A stretch of 64,000 nucleotides of DNA from assembly GCA_963759665.1 (NCBI GenBank), contig CAVXAC010000002.1, forward strand, positions 482,995 to 546,994, read 5' to 3'. A program made the translations under genes and the position numbers. This stretch comes from Pyrinomonadaceae bacterium (GTDB taxonomy: Bacteria > Acidobacteriota > Blastocatellia > Pyrinomonadales > Pyrinomonadaceae). Positions 1 to 8,236 of this stretch are shown here, one piece after another; positions within the stretch are counted from its first letter, which is position 1, and every line of letters begins with the position of its first letter. Below the pieces are notes generated by a model, which searched no databases, was not told the origin of the DNA, and was given only the letters and a program-made list of their open reading frames with translations.

Positions 1-1
1 T

Positions 2-2020
2 TGGTGGCGAGTGCCGCAAACGATCGATACCGTCACTCCCGGCACTGTCGATTACAACGAGAAATCGCAGTACTCAAAAACCATCCGCAAAGACAATGCA
101 ACCTGGGGTCAACTGCCGAAGGACGACAGTGCGCTTGCACATCGCGACAAAGAGATGACGTGCGTGGCTTGCCATTCTTCGTGGGTGACAAGTTGTTTTG
201 GTTGTCACTTGTCGATGGAGGCAAATCGCAAGATGCCAAACCGCCACAACGAAGGCGGCGACTCGCGTAACTTCACCCAATACAATTTCCAGGTTTTGCG
301 TGATGACATTTTCATGCTGGGCCGCGACGGCACAGTAACCGGAAATCGCATCGCGCCCGTGCGTTCATCATCGGCGGTGCTGGTTAGCTCGCAAAACCAG
401 AATCGCGAGTGGATCTATTCCCAGCAGCAAACAACGTCCGCTGAAGGTTTCGCCGGCCAGGCCTTCAACACCCACATCCCACACACCGTTCGCTCAAAAG
501 AAACCAAGGCGTGTTCGGATTGTCACGTCTCAGCAAATAACGATAACAACGCGTGGCTGGCCCAGCTGCTTTTACAGGGGACGAACTTTGTGAACTTCAT
601 GGGCCGCTTTGTTTACGTCGCTGCGGGTCACTCGATTGATGCGGTTGTAGCAACCGAAAGGGGTGAACCGCAGGCGGTGATCGGCAGTACGCTTCATCGC
701 CTTGCCTATCCCGACAACTACGCAAATTTTGTTAAGGATGGAAGTGAACTGAAGAACTTCTATGAACACTTGGGGAATCCGCGCGTTTTGCAGGTGCAGT
801 TGCGTGGCGAATATGCCTATGTGGCGGCGGGTGAAGGTGGTCTCCGCGTTTACGACGTGGCCCAGATCGATCAGAAAGGATTTTCAGAACGCATAGTCAC
901 CGCGCCGGTTTCAAGGTTTGGCCAGAGGTTTTGGGTAAAGACCAAATACGCAACCGCAGTTGCGGCACCGACAACTTTGGCGGTCGATCCGGCCCGTTGG
1001 CGGGTGAAGGCAGATGGTTCAATGATCGATCCGGCTAGCGCAAGCCAGTTGTCCGGGGATGAACGCAAGCAGCTCGTTAACGAGGAGCAGCCGATTCATC
1101 CGCTCTATGCTTACCTTTACGTGGTCGATAAGTATGAAGGGTTAGTCGTCGTTAACGCAGCCACTCTGTTGGACGGAGATCCACTGAACAACTATTTGAG
1201 ACGCGAGCTCGATGCCAAGAAGTTTGCCAATGGCGCGTTCAATCCGGGTGGCGCACTCGACGATGCCAACAACATCACGATCGCCGGCCGCTATGCTTAC
1301 ATCACGACGGGACGTGGCCTCGCTGTAGTTGACCTTGACGATCCGTTGAACCCCAAACTGGTTAAGCGAATCACTGAACTCAGAAATCCACGCTCGATCG
1401 CGATTCAGTTTCGCTACGGCTTTGTCGTCGATGACGATGGTCTGAAGGTGATTGATGTCACGGAGCCTGGAGCACCTAAGCTGGTGGCAAACGCCCTTGT
1501 GCGGCTGGACCATGCTCACGATGTTTACGTGGCCAGGACGTACGCATATGTTGCGAACGGAAAGGATGGAGTTGCGATTATCGACGTAGAACGTCCCACA
1601 GAACCGCGGCTCGATCAGGTCTTTAACGCGGACGGGAAACTGAACGACGTTCATCAAGTGAAAGTAGCAATGACGAATGCCAGTCTTTTTGCTTATGTAG
1701 CTGACGGACAAAATGGCTTGCGAATCTTGCAGCTGACCTCGCCCGAGACGATGCCGGAGTATGCAGGATTTAGTCCGCGGCCCAGACCAGTCCTCATTGC
1801 AACCTTCAAGACAAAAGGCGAAGCGCTGGCGATCAGCAAACCGTTGGATCGCGATCGGGCGGTGGATGAAAGCGGGAATCAGTTGGCGGTGTTTGGGCGT
1901 CGTGGGGCCCGGCCTTTCAACTTCGATGAAATCATGCGGATGCTGCGAACCAATGACGGACGTGGTGATTGGTTCACAGTCAGCGACACGCCGCCGCAAA
2001 AGAGTATCAGCCGCAGATGA
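2..2020 (+). CDS. multiheme c-type cytochrome / LVIVD-repeat beta-propeller protein, 5' partial (runs off window start)
   Basis: Frame is open from base 2. CxxCH haem motifs (CVACH, CFGCH, CSDCH) are followed by at least 5 LVIVD-type repeats ([85 protein letters not shown]). Confidence 0.75.
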   Translation, partial: WWRVPQTIDTVTPGTVDYNEKSQYSKTIRKDNATWGQLPKDDSALAHRDKEMTCVACHSSWVTSCFGCHLSMEANRKMPNRHNEGGDSRNFTQYNFQVLRDDIFMLGRDGTVTGNRIAPVRSSSAVLVSSQNQNREWIYSQQQTTSAEGFAGQAFNTHIPHTVRSKETKACSDCHVSANNDNNAWLAQLLLQGTNFVNFMGRFVYVAAGHSIDAVVATERGEPQAVIGSTLHRLAYPDNYANFVKDGSELKNFYEHLGNPRVLQVQLRGEYAYVAAGEGGLRVYDVAQIDQKGFSERIVTAPVSRFGQRFWVKTKYATAVAAPTTLAVDPARWRVKADGSMIDPASASQLSGDERKQLVNEEQPIHPLYAYLYVVDKYEGLVVVNAATLLDGDPLNNYLRRELDAKKFANGAFNPGGALDDANNITIAGRYAYITTGRGLAVVDLDDPLNPKLVKRITELRNPRSIAIQFRYGFVVDDDGLKVIDVTEPGAPKLVANALVRLDHAHDVYVARTYAYVANGKDGVAIIDVERPTEPRLDQVFNADGKLNDVHQVKVAMTNASLFAYVADGQNGLRILQLTSPETMPEYAGFSPRPRPVLIATFKTKGEALAISKPLDRDRAVDESGNQLAVFGRRGARPFNFDEIMRMLRTNDGRGDWFTVSDTPPQKSISRR

Positions 2021-2065
2021 TTGCGAATTGACGCGGATGAGACGAACGATCCGATTGCACTAGTA

Positions 2066-2165
2066 GGGGCGGCACTCCGTGGCCGCCCCAATTGCTTATC
2101 CAGACGTCCGCTAGATCCTGGATGCACCTGGCGAAAGAAAAGGGGCGGCCACGGAGTGCCGCCCC
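2066..2165. terminator. twin GC-rich hairpins between convergent genes (bidirectional terminator candidate)
   Basis: GGGGCGGCACTCCGTGGCCGCCCC (2066-2089) and its exact reverse complement (2142-2165). Each copy is itself a stem-loop (GGGGCGGC/GCCGCCCC). The second copy abuts the mutS stop codon. Confidence 0.6.
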
Positions 2166-4945
2166 TACATCATGCGCTCACGAAGTTTACGTAGGAGTTC
2201 TTTAGCTTCTTCGGGTGACAGCTTGTCTGGATCGATCCGCAACAGATCTTCAACGACCTTCTGATTCGCTAGATCAAATAGCGACGCCTGCGCCGCGGCT
2301 TTCCGCCGACCAGCTCGACGTGCTGCAGACTCCAGTGGATCGGTCGTAGTAGATGATGCATCACCGGCCCCAGCCCCCGCTGCTTTCACTTCAACTTTTA
2401 TCGCCGGCGCTACCAATTCTTCATCGGCGAACACATCCAACTCGTAACGCTCCAACCGCGCCAACACCTCGCGTGCGTTAGCTAGCACCGCCGGCGGCAT
2501 GCCTGCCAACCGCGCTACCTGAATGCCATACGACTTTGAAGCTCGACCCCTTTCGAGCCGGTGCAGGAACACCACTTCGCCTTCCCGCTCAGTTGCAGTG
2601 ATCTGGTAGTTCTGGGCTCCCGGCAATCGCTCAGCCAGTTCCGTCAGCTCGTGATAGTGAGTTGCAAACAAAGTTTTGGCGGCGTGCTCAGCCGAGTTAT
2701 GCAAATACTCAGCAACGGCCCAGGCGATCGACAACCCATCAAACGTCGCCGTGCCTCTGCCGATCTCGTCAAGCAACACAAGCGATCGCGGGGTGGCGCT
2801 GTGGAGAATTGCGGCCGTCTCCGTCATCTCGACCATAAACGTACTGCGCCCACGCGTTAAATCGTCAGAAGCGCCCACGCGTGTCCAAACCCGATCGAGC
2901 AATGGCAAGCGGGCTTTTTCAGCGGGAACGAAGCTACCCATCTGGGCCAGGATGCTAATGATGGCCACCTGGCGCAGCACCGTGCTCTTGCCGCCCATGT
3001 TGGGACCAGTGATGATTAGAAGTCGATCAGTGGAGTTGTTGAGGTAGCTACTGTTCGGAATGAACGGATCGTCGATGAAGGCTTCGATTACCGGATGACG
3101 GCCCTGAATGATCTCAATTTCATCGCCATCGTGCATCGACGGTCTGACAAACCTGCGTCGAGCAGCTATCTCTGACAGGGAAGCGATCGCATCAAGCGAA
3201 GCTAACGCGCGTCCGGTGGCTTGAATGCGTTTCGTCTCGGCGGCGACCTGCCGGCAAACGTCGCTAAATATTTCAGCCTCGAGTTGCAGGATGCGCTCTT
3301 CGGCGCCCAGCACCTTCTTTTCCCAGTCCTTTAATTCAGGTGTCGTGAATCTTTCCGAATTGGTGAGCGTCTGCCTGCGTTCATAGTTCTCCGGGACACG
3401 CGTTGCATTTCCCTTGGAGACCTCGATGAAGTAGCCAAAGACGTTATTAAACTTAATCCGGAGATTGCCGATGCCACTGCGGGCCCGTTCAGTCGCTTCC
3501 AGGGTTGCGATGATCTGTTTCGCGTTTCTACTAATCGAGCGCAGTTCGTCCAGCTCTTCAGAGTAGCCCGCGCGAATCGCGTCGCCGTCGCTAATTTTGG
3601 CCGGCGGCTCGTCGCTGATGGCCTTGATCAATAATGCGCAAATTTCCGGGACGTCGTCAGCACTTTCAGAAAGTACCTGCAGCAGCGACGAAGGCTGCGA
3701 CGACAGGTTTTCGCGAATAGCCGGGACCTGATAAAGCGACCGGAGGATTGCATTCAAATCGCGCGGCGTGGCCGAACCCAAACTGATTCTGCCAATCAGA
3801 CGCTCGAGATCGGATACATCTTTCAGCAGCGTCCGAATCTTGTCCCTGGTGATTTGGGACGCAAACAGATCCTGGACGGCGGCCAAACGCGCTTCAACTT
3901 CGCCACGCCTGACACATGGACGCAGCAGCCACGAACGCAGTAGGCGCGCGCCCATGCCGGTCACCGTTTCATCGATCACACTCAGCAGAGTTCTTCCGGT
4001 CGCACCGCTGAGCGACTCGACTAATTCGAGATTCTTTACCGTGACATTGTCGAGGACCAGATGGTCCTGTGGAGCAAAGTAGACGAGATCGGTTATGTGG
4101 GCCGCTGCCGCACGCTGCGTATCCTGCGCATAACGCAGACAAGCGCCGGCAGCTCGGATAGCTTCGTCTTTGCCTTCTATGCCGTAGCCTTCGAGTGTGG
4201 CTGCGCCAAAATGACTAAGCAGCAGCTCAGCGCACTCTTGCTTCTGCCAAAGCCAATCTTCAATCGGTGTGAAAGCCGCATCGATAAACGGTAAATCGCT
4301 TCCGGATTGGGGTGCTGTCTTCGGCGGCTCGCTCGCTAATGGCAGCGGAGCTGTTTGTGGCTTGCCGGTCAGCCCAGCCTTTATCAACGGAGTCAGAGAA
4401 GCAGGGAACAGAAGTTCGCGGGGCGCATACGACTCCAAATCGGCCCGAATTTTTTCCCAGGCGCCTTCACCACGCTCTTCGGTCGCTCGAAATTCTCCGG
4501 TTGAAACGTCCAGAAACGCAGCACCGATCGTTTCACCTGAAGAACAAACCGCAGCCAGATAGACTGCCTCGCGTGCTTCAAGGAGTTGAGGATCAATGGG
4601 CGTGCCGGGCGTTACCACCCTTACCACTTCACGTCGCACCAGCTTCTTCGTCTTCGAGGCGTCTTCAGTTTGTTCGCAGATGGCGACGCGATAACCCTTG
4701 CGTACCAGACGCGCAATGTAGTTCGCGGCCGAATGATGTGGCACGCCGCACATTGGAATCGCATCACCGCGTTCTTTGTGACGTGCGGTAAGAGTTATCT
4801 GAAGCTCACGTGCTCCGGTTACAGCGTCTTCAAAGAAGAGCTCGTAAAAGTCACCGAGCCTGAAAAAGAGCAGGGTGCCAGGGTGCTGCTGCTTAAGTTC
4901 CTGATATTGGCGCAGCATTGGAGTGGGGGCGTTGGCGGTCGTCAT
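2165..4945 (-). CDS. mutS: DNA mismatch repair protein MutS
   Basis: 926-aa ORF with an N-terminal mismatch-binding region (TPMLRQYQELK, GDFYELFFEDA), Walker A GPNMGGKST, LVLLDEIGRGT and FATHYHEL. Confidence 0.97.
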   Translation of the reverse strand: MTTANAPTPMLRQYQELKQQHPGTLLFFRLGDFYELFFEDAVTGARELQITLTARHKERGDAIPMCGVPHHSAANYIARLVRKGYRVAICEQTEDASKTKKLVRREVVRVVTPGTPIDPQLLEAREAVYLAAVCSSGETIGAAFLDVSTGEFRATEERGEGAWEKIRADLESYAPRELLFPASLTPLIKAGLTGKPQTAPLPLASEPPKTAPQSGSDLPFIDAAFTPIEDWLWQKQECAELLLSHFGAATLEGYGIEGKDEAIRAAGACLRYAQDTQRAAAAHITDLVYFAPQDHLVLDNVTVKNLELVESLSGATGRTLLSVIDETVTGMGARLLRSWLLRPCVRRGEVEARLAAVQDLFASQITRDKIRTLLKDVSDLERLIGRISLGSATPRDLNAILRSLYQVPAIRENLSSQPSSLLQVLSESADDVPEICALLIKAISDEPPAKISDGDAIRAGYSEELDELRSISRNAKQIIATLEATERARSGIGNLRIKFNNVFGYFIEVSKGNATRVPENYERRQTLTNSERFTTPELKDWEKKVLGAEERILQLEAEIFSDVCRQVAAETKRIQATGRALASLDAIASLSEIAARRRFVRPSMHDGDEIEIIQGRHPVIEAFIDDPFIPNSSYLNNSTDRLLIITGPNMGGKSTVLRQVAIISILAQMGSFVPAEKARLPLLDRVWTRVGASDDLTRGRSTFMVEMTETAAILHSATPRSLVLLDEIGRGTATFDGLSIAWAVAEYLHNSAEHAAKTLFATHYHELTELAERLPGAQNYQITATEREGEVVFLHRLERGRASKSYGIQVARLAGMPPAVLANAREVLARLERYELDVFADEELVAPAIKVEVKAAGAGAGDASSTTTDPLESAARRAGRRKAAAQASLFDLANQKVVEDLLRIDPDKLSPEEAKELLRKLRERMM

Positions 4946-5096
4946 AAGGAATTCTGCATGGTAAAGGGGAAGGAGTGATTAGTAAATCGGGAGTGCAGAG
5001 TGCTTGAGTTTTATCTCCTGCCTGATCACTTGCATCATTCAACTCCAAAGAGAGGATTTACGCTTTGCTGCAAAACTATGCTAATTTCCGACCAAC

Positions 5097-5684
5097 GTGG
5101 ATAACAACTCCAACGAACTCCTTCGCAGCTCTCTCCATGAGCATATCGACGCGATTACTCTCCTGCTTGAGAAAAAACTCGACGATATCGATCAAACCGG
5201 CCGCTTAATAATCCGGACCATACAGTCAGGAAATAAGGTTTTGCTGTGTGGGAATGGAGGTAGCGCTGCTGATTCTCAGCACATTGCCGCGGAACTCGTC
5301 GGCCGCTACGAGAAACATCGGCGCGCCTATCCGGCAATCGCGCTTAGTACAGATACTTCTGCTTTGACCGCGATCAGCAACGATTACGGCTATGAAGGTG
5401 TATTTGCCCGGCAAGTAGAAGCTTTGGCGGCTCCGGGTGACTTGTTGATCGCGATCAGCACCAGCGGCAAGTCTCCCAATGTTTTGAAAGCAGCCGAAAA
5501 GGCGCGTGGGATCGGTTGCAAGGTTATCGGGTTAACCGGCTGTTCGGGAGAGCCATTGGCATCGCATTGTGACCTTGCCCTGGTGGTCCCGGCAAACCGC
5601 ACCTCCAGGGTGCAGGAAGCGCATATCACAATCGCCCATCTTTGGTGCGAAATGATTGACGCACTGGAGGTTGAAATCGTTTAA
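5097..5684 (+). CDS. gmhA: SIS-domain D-sedoheptulose-7-phosphate isomerase (GmhA family)
   Basis: 195 aa with [26 protein letters not shown] and [13 protein letters not shown], typical of GmhA-type SIS proteins. GTG start, divergent from mutS. Confidence 0.8.
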   Translation: MDNNSNELLRSSLHEHIDAITLLLEKKLDDIDQTGRLIIRTIQSGNKVLLCGNGGSAADSQHIAAELVGRYEKHRRAYPAIALSTDTSALTAISNDYGYEGVFARQVEALAAPGDLLIAISTSGKSPNVLKAAEKARGIGCKVIGLTGCSGEPLASHCDLALVVPANRTSRVQEAHITIAHLWCEMIDALEVEIV

Positions 5685-5962
5685 ACCCCGGTCATTTGAA
5701 AAGGCTTGACAGAACCGTTCGGGGCCTTTAGGCTTCGGGCCTAATTCGATGTGCTCCAACTCGCCCAATCCATCGCCAGCCCAGATCTGACCCAAATTTA
5801 CAACTCTTGATAAGGGAAGTAAGGAGCTTGATGAAGCGTCTCTGGATTACGAAAAGTTTGTTATTGATCATTTGTTACTAGTTGCTCTTTAGAAACTGAA
5901 TGCGGCCCCGCAACGCAACCACGATCAGAAGTTCCCGCCGCAGTATCTTTCACTGAAAACAA

Positions 5963-6607
5963 ATGTTCCCCCAAAAAGCACAAATCGGCACCAAGGTAGA
6001 TACTGAAACCTACCCTTTAGGCGAGAAGAGTGAACGAGTATTGGATGGTCCGGCGTTAGCTGTAATCGCGCTGACCCATACTCCACTTGAGCAACGGGTC
6101 TACACCACGATGCTGATGGCGCTCGATCCCGCCAAACCTGAATCCGATCTCTTCACGGTCCGTCGCCTCATTGAACTGGCAGCCGATAAGCGGTTGAGCA
6201 CCATCAGGCGAGGACTCGAAGGTCTGGTGGCCAAGTTCAGCGTCGAGCGCGAAGCCAAACCTAACGGCAACGGCTCGCGCGAACACGGCGTCGCCTATCG
6301 TGTATTCACACCAGAAGAAGTCCTGGCGCGACGAACCGAACGCGGCATGACCTCCTACGCCAAAGAAATGGAAAGCCGGAGAAGTAATCTGAGCTTTGGG
6401 CGCGTCATTCAGAGAGTTGCCGAGAACAAGAATCTGAGCCGACGTGAAGCACAGGTAGCTCTGTGCTGCGTTGAAGGAATGACTAATGCCGAGATTGGTC
6501 TGCGGTTGATGGTGAGCGAACAAACTGTGAAGTTTCACTTGCGACACATCTTTATCAAGTTTGGTGTTAAGCGCCGCGCTGAATTGATCTCGCGGTTGCT
6601 GATGTAG
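5963..6607 (+). CDS. LuxR-family transcriptional regulator (C-terminal HTH)
   Basis: The C-terminal 60 aa match the LuxR/GerE HTH (LSRREAQVALCCVEGMTNAEIGLRLMVSEQTVKFHLRHIFIKFGV). The N-terminal domain is unassigned. Confidence 0.8.
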   Translation: MFPQKAQIGTKVDTETYPLGEKSERVLDGPALAVIALTHTPLEQRVYTTMLMALDPAKPESDLFTVRRLIELAADKRLSTIRRGLEGLVAKFSVEREAKPNGNGSREHGVAYRVFTPEEVLARRTERGMTSYAKEMESRRSNLSFGRVIQRVAENKNLSRREAQVALCCVEGMTNAEIGLRLMVSEQTVKFHLRHIFIKFGVKRRAELISRLLM

Positions 6608-6646
6608 TTTTTGAAAGTCCGAGCTCAGGGAAAACTCCCTGTGCAA

Positions 6647-6718
6647 CCTCAGTGTTCTCGGTGTCTCCGTGGTGGTCTTTTTTGACAATCCACCACCGAG
6701 GCACAGCGAACACAGAGG
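6647..6718. repeat. imperfect 29-bp inverted repeat (CCACCACNGAGNCACNGNGAACACNGAGG type) downstream of the LuxR gene
   Basis: CCTCAGTGTTCTCGGTGTCTCCGTGGTGG (6647-6675) pairs with CCACCACCGAGGCACAGCGAACACAGAGG (6690-6718), 5 mismatches. A further single arm sits at 40789-40817. Confidence 0.6.
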
Positions 6719-6851
6719 AGGCACAGAGACGAAGCCTGAATTGAAAACCTAACGCTGCCTTGCTTGAAAGGTTTCCCCTCGGGGTACCGTGTGATTCAAG
6801 AGTTCGCCGACAACGCGAGCTTGCGAAACATACCGGGGTGGAAGTGTATCT

Positions 6852-7145
6852 ATGGTTACTGCAAAGAAAACAAGCGCAAGCAAAGACAAGAAGAAAAAGA
6901 AAAAGAAGAAGACTGCTCTCGTCGTCTGCAGCGACCGGAAGGAGTTTTGGACGACGCAAACACAATTTTGGCAATGGGTGCGCGAGGGAATAGTGACGAA
7001 AACTGCGGACAACCCGTTGACAGGCTCGTTTAACCGCGAACACGAAGAATTACTGGTCCTCGTTAGCAATACCGTTTTGAACCTGGCTCATCCGAATCAT
7101 ATGCGCGAAGCGTTAATGTCGCGCCGGGCTGGGCTAAGAAAGTAA
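6852..7145 (+). CDS. hypothetical small basic protein with N-terminal poly-Lys tract
   Basis: 97-aa ORF directly upstream of wza on the same strand, with KDKKKKKKKK near the N-terminus. No family recognised, so coding status is uncertain. Confidence 0.35.
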   Translation: MVTAKKTSASKDKKKKKKKKTALVVCSDRKEFWTTQTQFWQWVREGIVTKTADNPLTGSFNREHEELLVLVSNTVLNLAHPNHMREALMSRRAGLRK

Positions 7146-7153
7146 ATGACATC

Positions 7154-8164
7154 ATGACAAGGAACACTCTTATTAATGGTTTTGTCGCTGTCGTTGTTGC
7201 CCTGACAATCGGGGCTTCAGCAAAGGCCCAGGAGAAACCAGAAAACCCCAGGAACACCACAGACACCGGCGCCAGTGAAGTAATACTTGCTGGCGATGAC
7301 GATACGCGTTATCGAATGGGACCTGGCGACGTGCTCGATATCAGGATCCTTAATCGGCCCAATCTATCGCGCGAAGCAGTTCGCATCGAGGGCAATGGGA
7401 CGATCCGGATGCCGCTCATCGACGACGAGATCATGGCGGCTTGTAAAACGGAAGGCGAACTGGCGAAAGAGATTGCCGGGAAGTACATGAAGTTTTACCG
7501 CAATCCTCAAGTTGACGTCTTCGTTAAAGAGTACAAATCCAAGCAAGTCGCTGTGCTTGGAGCTGTGAACGAACAGAGCCGGTTTGAACTTCAGAGAAGG
7601 ATCCGGCTGCTCGAGTTGTTGACCTTCGCGCGCGGACCTTCACCGAAAGCGGGCCAGACTATCAATATCGTGCACACGCGACCCGCGCTTACTTGCGGCA
7701 AACGGTCCGAGAACCCCGACGAAGTAGCCAAAGTGTTCAGCAGTTACAAGTTGAGCGACACCATGAAGGGGGAACCGTCAGCCAACCCGTGGATTGAAGC
7801 AGGCGACATAATCACCCTACCGGAGGCTCCGCAGGCATACGTGGTGGGGAACGTTGGCTCGCCTGTGACCATTCCCCTTCGCGAGCCGGTCACGATCTCG
7901 CGCGCGATTGCGATGGCTGGTGGTTTCAAGCAGGACAGCACCAAAGACAAAGTCAGGATCCTTCGGCAGGAACCCGGCACGTCGACTAGCAAAGAGATCA
8001 TCGTTGACTTGCAGGCCATTCAGAGGAAGCAGGCGGAAGACATAGCCCTGATGCCAAATGACATAGTTGACGTGCCTCTTTCAGGGACCAAGAGCTTTTT
8101 GCGCACCTTGATGGGATCGGTAGTTCCTTCAGTTGCCAGTCTGCCAGTTCGCGCAGTGCCATAA
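7154..8164 (+). CDS. wza: polysaccharide export outer-membrane protein (OPX, Wza-like)
   Basis: 336 aa with an N-terminal signal peptide, the Poly_export motif YRMGPGDVLDIRI and an SLBB-like C-terminal region (GDIITLPE, NDIVDVP). Confidence 0.88.
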   Translation: MTRNTLINGFVAVVVALTIGASAKAQEKPENPRNTTDTGASEVILAGDDDTRYRMGPGDVLDIRILNRPNLSREAVRIEGNGTIRMPLIDDEIMAACKTEGELAKEIAGKYMKFYRNPQVDVFVKEYKSKQVAVLGAVNEQSRFELQRRIRLLELLTFARGPSPKAGQTINIVHTRPALTCGKRSENPDEVAKVFSSYKLSDTMKGEPSANPWIEAGDIITLPEAPQAYVVGNVGSPVTIPLREPVTISRAIAMAGGFKQDSTKDKVRILRQEPGTSTSKEIIVDLQAIQRKQAEDIALMPNDIVDVPLSGTKSFLRTLMGSVVPSVASLPVRAVP

Positions 8165-8167
8165 ACG

Positions 8168-8223
8168 ATTGCTGATTGCTGAATGCCCGACATTCGAAAT
8201 CCGAAGTTCGAATTTCGAAATCT
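8168..8223. repeat. period-7 tandem array between wza and wzc
   Basis: GATTGCT GATTGCT GAATGCC CGACATT CGAAATC CGAAGTT CGAATTT CGAAATC. The units contain TTCGAA palindromes. Confidence 0.8.
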
Positions 8224-8236
8224 GTGAGGTGAGATT

